Source: an uncultured Rhodospirillaceae bacterium (GTDB lineage Bacteria; Pseudomonadota; Alphaproteobacteria; SP197). Taken from it: a DNA stretch of 64,000 nt. Below the pieces are notes generated by a model that was not told where the DNA came from, made no database searches, and worked only from the letters and a program-made list of their open reading frames with translations. Within the stretch, counting starts at the first letter, position 1. Each line of letters begins with the position of its first letter. Position numbers and translations under genes: made by a program. Below are positions 38,348 through 48,504 of this stretch, piece by piece. Location of the stretch: assembly GCA_964530335.1 (NCBI GenBank), contig CAZGYG010000004.1:8104-72103 (forward strand). Reading direction: 5' to 3'.

Positions 38348-39214
38348 TCAGGGCAGGCGGGCGAGCGCCCGCAGCACCGTCAACCGCGCGACACTCATCG
38401 CGAGCAGCGCGGCGGCCAGCGGCATCCCGGCCATGATCGTCCAGGCCAGGAGTTCGAGCTCGAGCCGGGGCAGCAGCGGCGCATCGAGGCTGCTCGCCAC
38501 CCGGCCGATCAGGCGGAACGCCGCGATCGCCAGGATCAGCCCGATCGCGCCGCCGACCAGGCCCGAGATCACGGCCTGGCGCTGGAACTGGCGCGCGATG
38601 AAGCCGTCCTCCGCGCCGATCAGGTGCAAGAGCTCGATGGCGTCGCGGTGCACCGCGAGCCCGGTGGTCGAGGTGAACACCACGGTCGCGATGCCCGCCA
38701 TCACGATCAGCGCGACGATCGCGTAGCCGATCATGCGCGTCGTATCCGCGGTGCGCGCGAGCGGCGCGAGCCACAGTTCGGCCGCGTCGATGCGGGCGTC
38801 CGGCGCAACCTCGGCCAGCGCCGCGCGAAGCGAGGAGCCGTCGCGCGCGGCCTCGGCGCCGAGCCGCACGTCGATCAGCTCGGGCAAGGGCAGGTCGCGT
38901 TCCGCCACGGCGCCAACCCAAGGCTCGATCAGCGCCGCGATCTCGGCCGCGGGCACCGGCTCGGCGCTGGTCACGTCGGGCAGCGCGCGCAGCGCCGCGA
39001 GGGTGGCGTCGAGCCGCGCCGGCGCGCCGTCGGCTGGCAACTCGACGGTCACGACGTCATCCAGGCTGGCGCGCCAGCGCGCGGCGGCGCCGCCCAGCGC
39101 CATGGCCGTGGCCAGCGCGAGCGCCGCCAGGAACACCATCAAGCCGATGATCCACGGCAGGAACCGGTCGGTAGGGTCGCCGCCGAGCGGCAACGACCAC
39201 GTGGCCCTGGTCAT
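38348..39214 (-). CDS. ftsX: Cell division ABC transporter permease FtsX
   Basis: 288 aa. N-terminal TM, periplasmic loop, and three C-terminal TM helices with FtsX-like motifs. Follows ftsE. Confidence 0.8.
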   Translation of the reverse strand: MTRATWSLPLGGDPTDRFLPWIIGLMVFLAALALATAMALGGAAARWRASLDDVVTVELPADGAPARLDATLAALRALPDVTSAEPVPAAEIAALIEPWVGAVAERDLPLPELIDVRLGAEAARDGSSLRAALAEVAPDARIDAAELWLAPLARTADTTRMIGYAIVALIVMAGIATVVFTSTTGLAVHRDAIELLHLIGAEDGFIARQFQRQAVISGLVGGAIGLILAIAAFRLIGRVASSLDAPLLPRLELELLAWTIMAGMPLAAALLAMSVARLTVLRALARLP

Positions 39215-39224
39215 GGCGCGTCCG

Positions 39225-39911
<687 letters not shown>

Positions 39912-40083
39912 TTCCCCGGGGCTTCGACCGCGCGCGCACCATGACACACGCCGCCGGGACGGGTCCAGCGCACAGGCTCGGCTTGCCAGCATCCGGGCCC
40001 GCTTCTATACAGGCCCGTGATCGCGTCCCATCGCGGCTCGGCCATCGCTTCGCGCGATCGCGGCCCGCGCCAACGGACCCGCC

Positions 40084-40836
40084 ATGATCCTGACCTGCCC
40101 GTCCTGCCATACCCGCTACACCATCGATCCGGCGACGCTCGGGCCACAAGGGCGCACGGTCCGTTGCGCCAAGTGTGCCCACACCTGGACCCAGATGCCG
40201 CCGGATTTGCCGGCCGAGGCGCCCGGGGCCGAAGTGCCCGCCGACAAGGCGCCGGAGGACGAATCGCCCGCGGACGCGATGCCGGCCGACGCGATAGCCG
40301 CGGACGAGACGCCCGCGCCGATCGCGGAGCCAGCTTCGCCGCCCGAGTCGCCGCCCTTGCGCACCCTTCCCGGGCGTGGCGGGCGGGCGAAGCGCTCGGG
40401 CGCCCGTGGCTGGCTCGTCGCCCTGATGGCGCTCGTCGTCGTCGCCGGGCTCGGTGCCGTCGTCGTGCTCGAGCGCGCGGCCGTCGTCGCCCGCTTCCCG
40501 CCGCTGGCTCCGCTGTTCGCCGCGCTCGGGCTGGCGTTGCCGGACCCGCTCGCGGGCCTGCGCATCGTCGACGCCCGGAACGAGTGGATCACCGAAGGTG
40601 AAACCGTCGTCGTCGTGGTGCGCGGCACCATCGTCAACGACGGCGACCGCGCCGTGGCGGTGCCCGCGGTGCGCGGCATCTTCCGCGACGCCGCCCACGG
40701 CGAGCTCGCCTCGTGGACGTTCGCCCCGGACGCCGACCGCCTGCTGCCCGGACAGTCGGTGTCGTTTCTCGATCGTTTCGCCGACCCGCCCGAAGGCGCC
40801 GTCGACCTGGCGGTCGTGCTCGTCCCCGGCTCGTGA
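40084..40836 (+). CDS. MJ0042-type zinc-ribbon protein with C-terminal DUF3426-like domain
   Basis: N-terminal CPSCHTRYTI...RCAKCAHTW zinc ribbon, then a Pro/Ala/Glu-rich linker, a TM helix and a C-terminal domain. Confidence 0.55.
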   Translation: MILTCPSCHTRYTIDPATLGPQGRTVRCAKCAHTWTQMPPDLPAEAPGAEVPADKAPEDESPADAMPADAIAADETPAPIAEPASPPESPPLRTLPGRGGRAKRSGARGWLVALMALVVVAGLGAVVVLERAAVVARFPPLAPLFAALGLALPDPLAGLRIVDARNEWITEGETVVVVVRGTIVNDGDRAVAVPAVRGIFRDAAHGELASWTFAPDADRLLPGQSVSFLDRFADPPEGAVDLAVVLVPGS

Positions 40837-40843
40837 GGCGGCG

Positions 40844-41218
40844 GTGGCCCGCGTCCTGGTCGCCGACGACGAGCCGACCGAGCGCGAGACGCTGGCGCGC
40901 GGCCTGGCGCGCCACGGTCACCACGTGGTCGCGGTCGGCGACGGCGCCGAGGCCCTGACGGCGCTCGCGACCGGCGCCTACGACGTGCTGATCGCCGACA
41001 TCGTGATGCCGGTGCTGGACGGCATCGCGCTCGCCCTCAAGGCGTCGAGCGCCCACCCCGACCTGGCGATCGTGCTGGTCACCGGCTACGCGGCCGAGCT
41101 CGGTCGCGCCCGCAACCTGGATGCCCTGGTCCAGCGGGTCGTGACCAAGCCCTACGCGATCGCCGACATGGTGGCCCTGGTCGCCGAGCTCAGCGCCCCC
41201 GGTCGGTCCAGGCGCTAG
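40844..41218 (+). CDS. Single-domain response regulator (CheY-like receiver; CpdR-like)
   Basis: GTG at 40844 just after the upstream stop. Receiver motifs (LVADDE, phosphoacceptor D in LIADIVMPVLDG, TGYAA, KP). 124 aa. Confidence 0.7.
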   Translation: MARVLVADDEPTERETLARGLARHGHHVVAVGDGAEALTALATGAYDVLIADIVMPVLDGIALALKASSAHPDLAIVLVTGYAAELGRARNLDALVQRVVTKPYAIADMVALVAELSAPGRSRR

Positions 41219-41254
41219 AGCACGTTTCCACGCGTCGTGATCCACGTTGCCGTC

Positions 41255-41335
41255 ATGGCCGGGCGTGTCCCGGCCATCCACGTCTTTGAAGCCATTACGT
41301 CTTAAGGCGTGGATGCCCGGCACAAGGCCGGGCAT
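41255..41335. terminator. Pair of GC-rich perfect hairpins between convergent genes (candidate bidirectional terminators / REP-like palindromes)
   Basis: The first hairpin is ATGGCCGGG-cgtgt-CCCGGCCAT at 41255-41277 and the second is ATGCCCGGC-acaag-GCCGGGCAT at 41313-41335. They are flanked by ATCCACGT/ACGTGGAT inverted copies. Confidence 0.4.
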
Positions 41336-41362
41336 GACGACTCCATATGAACGGAATTCGCC

Positions 41363-43741
41363 CTAAAAGCGCCGGAGCAGGCGCTCCAGATACTCCTGCT
41401 CGCGCGGCGGCCGGCGCCGGTCCGAGGCGCGCCGGTAGATCTCCTGCAGGATGTCGTGGATCTGCTGCATCGACGCCTTGTCGGGGATCGCCACGTCGCC
41501 CGCGTCCTCCAGGCCCTGGCCGAGCACGGGCCGGCCCATCGGATCGCGCGGCGCGGCGAAGAACCCGATGTTGTCGCGGCCCTGGCCCTGCGGCAGTTCC
41601 TGGGTGAACTGCTCGAGCAGGGTCTGGGCGCCCTGCTGAAGCTGGTCGAGCGCGTCGGTCTGCGGTCCCACCGCCTGGCCCGGCTGCGCCTCCGTGAGCG
41701 CGCGCAGCGCCCGCCCCATGGCTCGCTCGGCCCGGCCGAACGAGCGCGGCACGTCGAATCCGCTGGTGCCCAGGCGCTGCATGAACTGCTGCAGACCGCG
41801 CAGCAGGGATTGCTGGTTCGCGGCGCCGAGTTGCAGGCTCTCCTGGTCCAGATAGCCGCGCCCCTGGAGGTCGCGGTAGGTTTCGTCCAGAAGTTCGCGC
41901 TGGCCCTTCATGAGCTGGCGCAGGTTCTGCAGCATGGCCGAAGCCTCGGCGCTGAGCCCCTGGTTCAGGCCCGCGGTGCGCCCGGCCTTGAGGTTCTCGA
42001 GGATCTCCTGGAGCCGGGCGAGCATGGCGCGCGCCGCCTCGCGGCTGCCCGCGCGCATGAGCTCGCGCGCTTCCTCGATCATCTGGCTGAGCTCGCCGGA
42101 CTCGATCGCCTGGGTGATCGAGTCGTCCTCGTTGAGGCCGAACTCCTCGTCGGCCTCGGCCTGCTTCGCGAGCTCGCGCAGGAACTCGTCGAGCGCCTGG
42201 TCGAGCTGGTCGAGCAGCTTCTGGATCTCGGCGTCGCTCGCCCCTTCGGCGAGCGCCTCGAAGATGCGGTTCTGCAGGTCGCGGAGCGCCTGCTCGGCGA
42301 GGGCGAGGGGGCCGTCCTCGATGGCGAGCGCGGTGTACCACAGAAGCTCCTGGACCGCGGGGATGACCGCCTCGGAACGATCGAGCACGAGACGGGCGCT
42401 GGCCGCGGAAAGCGCGAGCGTGACCGCCGCGCGGTCGAGGTAGCGATCCGCGTGGGCGGTCAGCGCGCGCAGGATCTCCGCGATCTGGCGGCGCTTGTCG
42501 GGCTCGAACGTCAGCCGGCGACGCTGTTCGACCACGAGCCGGGCGACCGCGTGAGTGAACACCCGCTCGGGCAGCATGACCGTCTGGGTCTCGCTCAGCC
42601 CTTGCTGACCGATGCCGTCGGTGGCGACGAGATGGATCTCGACCTCGGTCCCGGCCCAAGGATGGGCGCTCAGGTCGTGGAAGCTGACGGCGCTGGCGTC
42701 GGCCAGCCCCGGCCTGGGCAGCGGCACGGTCAGGTCGAGCGTCGCGTCCGGTTCGCCCGAGCGGTTGACGACCGCCGTCACGCTGTCCAGCGCGTAGTCG
42801 TCGCGGGCCACGTATTCGAGCCGCAACGCGCCGCGCAGCGTGGCCTCCACGGGCCGCGCGAACACGGCCGAGGGCGGCTCGTCCGGCACCACGGCGAGCG
42901 GCCACGCGGCGATCTCGGCGCCGCGTCGGGTGATCGCCAGGCGGTCGCCGGCCTCGATCGTCGTCTCGACCTGGTACGTGGTCGCCCCGGTGGCGGCGAA
43001 CGGCACTTCCCTCGTGCCGATCACGGCCACGGGCGCGACCCGGCCGCCGTCGAACTGGCCGAGCAGCGTGCTGCCCTCGGGCACCACGATCGGCGACGGG
43101 GCGGCGGCTTCGAGCCAGACCGGAGGCTGGCCGGTGTAATCGGGCGGCGTGACCCATAGCGCGAGCTGCCATGGCTCGCTCGCGTTCAGCGGCTGGATGA
43201 CGGGCACCAGGGCGTGCACGATGCGCGATGTGGTCCGGTCGCCGGCGACCGCGACGCCGACGACCAGAAGCAGCACCACGACGACGCGCAACGCCAAGGG
43301 ATCGCGGCGCGCGACGCCGGGCGACGGCGCGCCGACGCGCAGCCGCCGCGCGGCTTCGGCCATGCGCGCCAGGTGGGCGCGCCACAGCGCCCGCGCCAGC
43401 GGGTCGCCGCCGCCGCTCGCCAACTCGTCCTCGAGCGCGGTCAGCGGCCGGTGCGGCACGCCGCTCGCGCGCTCGAGCCGCCGCCGGACCCGGGCGCGAT
43501 CGGGCAGGCGCAGGCGGCCGAGACCGCGCGCGAGCACGACCAGCGCGGCGGCGACGAAGGCGACCAGCGCCAGCGCGTGCAACCAGCCCGGGATCGCCTG
43601 CCACGTCCCAAGCAGGGCGAGGGCAAGGAACAGGCCCGCCACGGCGCACGGCTGCCACAGCGCGGGCCACAGGGCCTCCCACGCGAGCGCGAGCCAGGCC
43701 AGCGCGTGGTGGACGGGCGAGAGGCGCCGGCGCGGTGGCAT
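41363..43741 (-). CDS. Large conserved alphaproteobacterial protein (TIGR02302/DUF4175-like; N-terminal TM segments, long coiled-coil C-terminal region)
   Basis: ATG at 43741, 2 nt after the lysA stop. 792 aa. The family name is from memory of lysA-downstream synteny, not from a search. Three other long ORFs over this region are alternate-frame artefacts. Confidence 0.45.
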   Translation of the reverse strand: MPPRRRLSPVHHALAWLALAWEALWPALWQPCAVAGLFLALALLGTWQAIPGWLHALALVAFVAAALVVLARGLGRLRLPDRARVRRRLERASGVPHRPLTALEDELASGGGDPLARALWRAHLARMAEAARRLRVGAPSPGVARRDPLALRVVVVLLLVVGVAVAGDRTTSRIVHALVPVIQPLNASEPWQLALWVTPPDYTGQPPVWLEAAAPSPIVVPEGSTLLGQFDGGRVAPVAVIGTREVPFAATGATTYQVETTIEAGDRLAITRRGAEIAAWPLAVVPDEPPSAVFARPVEATLRGALRLEYVARDDYALDSVTAVVNRSGEPDATLDLTVPLPRPGLADASAVSFHDLSAHPWAGTEVEIHLVATDGIGQQGLSETQTVMLPERVFTHAVARLVVEQRRRLTFEPDKRRQIAEILRALTAHADRYLDRAAVTLALSAASARLVLDRSEAVIPAVQELLWYTALAIEDGPLALAEQALRDLQNRIFEALAEGASDAEIQKLLDQLDQALDEFLRELAKQAEADEEFGLNEDDSITQAIESGELSQMIEEARELMRAGSREAARAMLARLQEILENLKAGRTAGLNQGLSAEASAMLQNLRQLMKGQRELLDETYRDLQGRGYLDQESLQLGAANQQSLLRGLQQFMQRLGTSGFDVPRSFGRAERAMGRALRALTEAQPGQAVGPQTDALDQLQQGAQTLLEQFTQELPQGQGRDNIGFFAAPRDPMGRPVLGQGLEDAGDVAIPDKASMQQIHDILQEIYRRASDRRRPPREQEYLERLLRRF

Positions 43742-43743
43742 GG

Positions 43744-45036
43744 CTACGCGGCTCCCCGCGCGGCGGCGCGCGCGAGCCAGCCGGGAATCGTCTCGAGCGC
43801 GATCGATTCCTCGAACGACGGCCGGCGGCGAACGATGTCGGCGCGGTTCCCGTGCACCAGCACCTCCGGGATGAGCGGCCGCGCATTGTAGCAGGACGCC
43901 ATGACCCGTCCGTAGGCGCCCGCGTCCGCGATCACCAACACGTGACCGGGCCCGACCGGCGGCAGCGGCCGGGCGCGCGCGAAGGCATCGGCGCTTTCGC
44001 AGATCGGCCCGACGATCTCGACCGGCGCGCGGGGCGCGTCGGCGGCGGGCTCGCGGACCGGGCGGATGTCGTGAAAGGCGTCGTACATCGCCGGCCGCAG
44101 CAGGTCGTTCATCGCCGCGTCGACGACGACGAAGGTATGGCCGTGCGTCTCCTTGACGTACGTGACGCGGGTCACGAGCACCCCGGCCTCGGCGACCATC
44201 GAACGCCCGGGTTCGACGATCACGCCGACGCCGAGATCGTCGATCGCCTCGGCGATGACGGCGGCGTAGGCGGCGGGTGTCGGCGCCGCTTCGCCGCGAT
44301 AGCCGACGCCGAGCCCGCCGCCGAAATCGAGCGTCGTCACGGGATGCCCGGCCGCCTTGAGCCGGCGCGCCACGTCCGCCACCCGGCTGAACGCGGCGCG
44401 GAACGGATCGAGCACCAGGATCTGGGAACCGATGTGCACGGCCAGCCCGCGCGCGTCGAGCCGCTCGTCCGCCGCCATGCGGGCGTAGAGCGCCGGCGCG
44501 TCGTCGAGCGTGACGCCGAACTTGTCGCCCTTGCGCCCGGTCGCGATCTTGTCGTGGGTGCCGGCGTCGACGTTCGGGTTGACGCGGAGCGCGACCGGCG
44601 CGCGCTGGCCCGCGGCGCCCGCGACCTCGGCCACCAGGGCGAGCTCGGCCTCGGATTCGACGTTGATCTGGCGGATGCCCGTGGCGAGGGCGAAGCCGAT
44701 CTCGGGCTGCGTCTTGCCGACGCCCGAGAACACGATGCGCCCGGCCCCGACGCCCGCGCGCAAGGCACGCCGGATCTCGCCTTCGGAGACCACGTCCGCC
44801 CCGGCGCCCATGCGCGCGAGAGTCGCGATCACCGCCAGGTTGTCGTTGGCCTTGACGCCGTAGGCGATCAGGGCATCGAGGCCGGCCTGGGCGCAGCCCT
44901 CGGCGTAGGCGCGGTAGCGCTGCTCGATCGCCCGGCGCGAGTAACAATAGAACGGGGTGCCGACCCGCTCGGCGAGCCGGTCGAGCGCCACGTCTTCGGC
45001 GTGAAGTACGCCGGCGCGGTAGGCGAACGCGCTCAC
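43744..45036 (-). CDS. lysA: Diaminopimelate decarboxylase
   Basis: PLP fold-III decarboxylase motifs (YAVKAN, active Lys, EPGRSMVAEAG, GAYG). GTG at 45036 overlaps the upstream lipoprotein stop (GTGA). 431 aa. Confidence 0.9.
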   Translation of the reverse strand: MSAFAYRAGVLHAEDVALDRLAERVGTPFYCYSRRAIEQRYRAYAEGCAQAGLDALIAYGVKANDNLAVIATLARMGAGADVVSEGEIRRALRAGVGAGRIVFSGVGKTQPEIGFALATGIRQINVESEAELALVAEVAGAAGQRAPVALRVNPNVDAGTHDKIATGRKGDKFGVTLDDAPALYARMAADERLDARGLAVHIGSQILVLDPFRAAFSRVADVARRLKAAGHPVTTLDFGGGLGVGYRGEAAPTPAAYAAVIAEAIDDLGVGVIVEPGRSMVAEAGVLVTRVTYVKETHGHTFVVVDAAMNDLLRPAMYDAFHDIRPVREPAADAPRAPVEIVGPICESADAFARARPLPPVGPGHVLVIADAGAYGRVMASCYNARPLIPEVLVHGNRADIVRRRPSFEESIALETIPGWLARAAARGAA

Positions 45037-45152
45037 GGCTCGGCCTCGTCGTCCTCGTCGTCGGGTGGCGGCTCCAAGGGCCCCTTGCGCCCGCAGGCGG
45101 CGATCAGGGCGAGGAACGGCATCACGGCGAGCATGAGCAGGCGGCGGGTCAT
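45033..45152 (-). CDS. Small lipoprotein (39 aa) between argH and lysA
   Basis: Signal peptide plus lipobox LIAAC|G, followed by an acidic tail PPPDDEDDEAEP. Starts 5 nt after the argH stop. Confidence 0.5.
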   Translation of the reverse strand: MTRRLLMLAVMPFLALIAACGRKGPLEPPPDDEDDEAEP

Positions 45153-45157
45153 GGCGG

Positions 45158-46621
45158 CTAGCCGAGAAACCGTCGGCGCGCCTCGGCCGCGGCGCGCGCG
45201 ACGAGCACGGGCGCGGTGCCGCCGAAGCTCGTGCGCGCGGCGACGGAACGTTCGACGGCGGTCGCGGCCAGCGCCTCGGCGCTGATCGCGGGCTCGATCG
45301 CCCGGGCATCGGCGAGTGGCACGGCCGCGAGCGAAAGCCCGCGCCGCTCGGCCAGGCGCACCAGGCGGCCGACCGCGTGGTGGGCGCGGCGGAACGGCAG
45401 CCCGGCCTCGCGCACCAGCCAGTCGGCGAGATCGGTGGCGCCGAGATACCCCTGTTCGCACGCGGCGCGCATGGCCTCGGGCCGCGCCTCGAGCCCGGCG
45501 ACCGTCGCGGTCATGGCGGCGAGCGAAAGCCGGAGCGTGTCCGCCGCGTCGAACAGCGGTTCCTTGTCCTCCTGCATGTCGTTGGCGTAGGTCAGCGCCA
45601 GCCCCTTCAGCATGGCGAGCACCGCGACCAGGGCGCCGATGACCCGGCCGGTCTTGCCGCGCACCAGCTCGGCGGCGGCCGGGTTGCGCTTCTGCGGCAT
45701 GATCGAGGACCCGGCCGAGAGCTCGTCGGGCACGCGCACGAAGCCGAACTGCGGGCCCGACCAGATGACGATCTCCTCGGCCAGGCGCGACAGATGGATC
45801 GCCGCGATGGCCGCCGCGGCGAGGAACTCGACGACGAAATCGCGGTCGGCGACGGCGTCCATGGAATTGGCGGCCGGGCGGTCGAAGCCGAGCGTCCGCG
45901 CGGTCATGTCCCGGTCGATGGGAAACGACGTGCCGGCCAGCGCGGCGGCGCCGAGCGGGCATTCGTTGAGCCGCCGGCGGCAGTCGGCCAGCCGGCCCCG
46001 GTCGCGCCCCAACATCTCGACGTAGGCCAGCAGGTGGTGGCCGAAGGTCACGACCTGCGCCGGTTGCAGGTGGGTGAAGCCGGGCATGATCGTGGCCGCG
46101 TGCCGCTCCGCCTGATCGATCAGGGCCGCCTGGAGCGCCGTCAGCCCGGCGGCGGTGTCGTCGATCGTCGCGCGCAGCCACAGCCGGACGTCGGTCGCCG
46201 TCTGGTCGTTGCGCGAGCGCGCGGTGTGCAGCCGGCCCGCGGCTTCGCCGATCAATTCGGCGAGCCGGGCCTCGACGTTCATGTGGATGTCCTCGAGCTC
46301 GGCGCGGAACGTAAACCGGCCTTGGGCGATCTCGGCGGCGATGCGGTCGAGCCCATCGGCGATCGCCCGGCCGTCCTCGGCGCCGAGGATGCCCTGGGCC
46401 ACCAGCATCGCCGCGTGCGCCTTGGAGCCCCGGATGTCCTCGGCCCACAGCCGGCGGTCGAAGCCGATGGACGGGTTGATGCGCGCCATGACCTCGGACG
46501 GGCCGGCGTCGAACCGGCCGCCCCACAGGGGATTGGCCGTCGGAGTGTCGGCTGAAGGAGCATTGGCCGCCGGGGGGCTGGCCCTCGCCGTCGTCCGCTT
46601 GCCCTTTTTCGCCTGGCTCAC
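45158..46621 (-). CDS. argH: Argininosuccinate lyase
   Basis: Fumarate-lyase signature [11 protein letters not shown], and N-terminal LWGGRF after a ~30-aa Ala/Pro-rich extension. 487 aa. Confidence 0.9.
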   Translation of the reverse strand: MSQAKKGKRTTARASPPAANAPSADTPTANPLWGGRFDAGPSEVMARINPSIGFDRRLWAEDIRGSKAHAAMLVAQGILGAEDGRAIADGLDRIAAEIAQGRFTFRAELEDIHMNVEARLAELIGEAAGRLHTARSRNDQTATDVRLWLRATIDDTAAGLTALQAALIDQAERHAATIMPGFTHLQPAQVVTFGHHLLAYVEMLGRDRGRLADCRRRLNECPLGAAALAGTSFPIDRDMTARTLGFDRPAANSMDAVADRDFVVEFLAAAAIAAIHLSRLAEEIVIWSGPQFGFVRVPDELSAGSSIMPQKRNPAAAELVRGKTGRVIGALVAVLAMLKGLALTYANDMQEDKEPLFDAADTLRLSLAAMTATVAGLEARPEAMRAACEQGYLGATDLADWLVREAGLPFRRAHHAVGRLVRLAERRGLSLAAVPLADARAIEPAISAEALAATAVERSVAARTSFGGTAPVLVARAAAEARRRFLG

Positions 46622-46666
46622 CCTGGCCTCCGCGCTGGAAATGCCACCTTCCCAGCGTTCGAGGGC

Positions 46667-47044
46667 CTAATCAAGCCCGCGCGGCGGCAGCGCCAGATCG
46701 TCGAGCCGGGCGCCGAGCGCGCGGGCCAGCGCGCGGAGCGCCTTGACGCTGCCGGGTTTGTGACCGGTCTCGATCTGCGAGAGGTAGCCGGGATCGACGC
46801 CGGCCCGGGCCGCGAGCGCCCGCGCCGTGAGACCCCGATGGCGGCGCCAGACGCGCACGGCGCTGGCACCCGCGGCGATGCGGGCAAGCGCCTCGGGCGG
46901 CGGTCGGTCCACGCCGGCAGCCGCGGCGCGGAGCGCCTCGTAGTCGGCGCGCGGCAGCACGACGAGATCGCCCGCGTCCGGCCCGGCGAGGCCCAGGACC
47001 CTGAGCGTGCGCCCGGTCGGCAGGTGTACGGCAAGTGCGGTCAT
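46667..47044 (-). CDS. XRE-family helix-turn-helix transcriptional regulator (C-terminal HTH; N-terminal antitoxin-like segment)
   Basis: HTH LTARALAARAGVDPGYLSQIETGHKPGSVKALRALARAL. ATG start (MTALAVHL). Divergent from hemN. Three overlapping ORFs in the track; only this frame has a recognisable domain. Coordinates +/-1. Confidence 0.55.
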   Translation of the reverse strand: MTALAVHLPTGRTLRVLGLAGPDAGDLVVLPRADYEALRAAAAGVDRPPPEALARIAAGASAVRVWRRHRGLTARALAARAGVDPGYLSQIETGHKPGSVKALRALARALGARLDDLALPPRGLD

Positions 47045-47097
47045 GGTGTTTGCTAATAGCAATATGAAAATTGCTAATGGCCAATGTCCTTCAGTCG

Positions 47098-47111
47098 TTG
47101 ATCCTTGTCAA
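47098..47111 (+). promoter_or_regulatory. FNR/FixK-type box TTGA-TCCTTG-TCAA upstream of hemN
   Basis: Perfect TTGA-N6-TCAA dyad ~35-50 bp upstream of the hemN ATG. hemN is a classic anaerobically induced FNR/FixK target. Coordinates +/-1. Confidence 0.5.
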
Positions 47112-47145
47112 GGCCGGGCGGCGCACCGGCCACCAGGATCGCGCC

Positions 47146-48504
47146 ATGGCCGCCACCCTGGATCGCCTGATCGAGCGCTACGACCTCGGCGTACCGCGCT
47201 ACACGAGCTACCCGACGGCGCCGCATTTCGGGCCCGCCGTGACCGCCGGGGTCTACCGGCGCTGGCTCGCGGGCGTGGCCGGATCGCGCGCGCTGTCGCT
47301 CTACGTCCACGTGCCGTTCTGCGCCCGGCTGTGCTGGTTCTGCGGCTGCCACACGCGGGTGATCAATGCCTACGAGCCGGTCGCGCGCTACGTCGATCGC
47401 GTGCTCGACGAGGCGCGCGCCGTGGCCGAGGCGATCGGCCGTGCGCCGCCGGTGCGGCATATGCATTGGGGCGGTGGCACGCCGACCAACCTCAAGGCCC
47501 GGGACGTGCGCCGCCTGGCCGAAGGGCTGCGCCGCGCCTTCCCGTTCGCGGCGGACGCCGAGTTCGCCGTCGAGGTCGATCCCCGCACGCTGACCGAGGA
47601 CACGGCGACGGCGCTGGCCGAGGCCGGCGTCAACCGGGCGAGCCTCGGCGTGCAGGACTTCGACCCGGCGGTCCAGGCGGCGATCAACCGGCACCAGACC
47701 TACGCCATGACCGCGACGGCGGCCGAAGGATTGCGCCGGCGCGGCATAAGCCGCCTCAACATCGATCTCATGTACGGCCTGCCCGAGCAGAGCGTGGCGG
47801 GCATCGAACGCACGGTGGACCAGGCCCTGGCGCTGGCCCCCGACCGCCTGGCCCTGTTCGGCTACGCCCACGTGCCCTGGATGAAGAAGCACCAGCGCCT
47901 GATCGACGAATCGAAGCTGCCGAACGCCCGCGCGCGATTCGATCAGGCGAAGACGGCGGCGGAACGGCTGGTCGGGTACGGCTACGTCGCGATCGGCCTC
48001 GACCACTTCGCCCGACCCGACGACGCGCTGGCCGTGGCGGCCGCGAACGGCGGTCTGCGCCGCAACTTCCAGGGCTACACCACCGACGCGGCGGACGCGC
48101 TGATCGGGCTCGGCGCCTCGGCGATCGGCGCGCTCGCGGAAGGTTACGTCCAGAACGTCGTCGCCGTCGCCGATTACGACGCGGCCGTCGGCGCCGGCCG
48201 GTTCGCCACGGTGCGCGGCGTCGCGCTCGACGCCGACGACCGGCTGCGGCGCGACGTCATCGAGCGGCTGATGTGCGATCTTGTCGTCGACCTCGACGAC
48301 ATCGCGACGCGCCACAACGTCGGCGTCGACGACTTCGGCGACGACATGGCGGCGCTCGGGCCCATGGCCGCCGACGGTTTGGTATCGATCGAAGGATCGC
48401 GCGTCGCCGTGACCGAGGCCGGCCGGCCGTTCCTGCGCGTCGCGGCCGCCGCGTTCGACCGTCATTTGCGCGCCGGCGCCCAGCGCCACGCCCGCGCCGT
48501 TTAG
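47146..48504 (+). CDS. hemN: Oxygen-independent coproporphyrinogen III oxidase (radical SAM)
   Basis: PRYTSYPTAP N-terminal motif, radical-SAM CxxxCxxC (CARLCWFCGC), HemN_C domain. ATG start (MAATLDRLIERYDL) chosen; the track start (TTG 47071) would include the FNR box. Confidence 0.85.
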   Translation: MAATLDRLIERYDLGVPRYTSYPTAPHFGPAVTAGVYRRWLAGVAGSRALSLYVHVPFCARLCWFCGCHTRVINAYEPVARYVDRVLDEARAVAEAIGRAPPVRHMHWGGGTPTNLKARDVRRLAEGLRRAFPFAADAEFAVEVDPRTLTEDTATALAEAGVNRASLGVQDFDPAVQAAINRHQTYAMTATAAEGLRRRGISRLNIDLMYGLPEQSVAGIERTVDQALALAPDRLALFGYAHVPWMKKHQRLIDESKLPNARARFDQAKTAAERLVGYGYVAIGLDHFARPDDALAVAAANGGLRRNFQGYTTDAADALIGLGASAIGALAEGYVQNVVAVADYDAAVGAGRFATVRGVALDADDRLRRDVIERLMCDLVVDLDDIATRHNVGVDDFGDDMAALGPMAADGLVSIEGSRVAVTEAGRPFLRVAAAAFDRHLRAGAQRHARAV

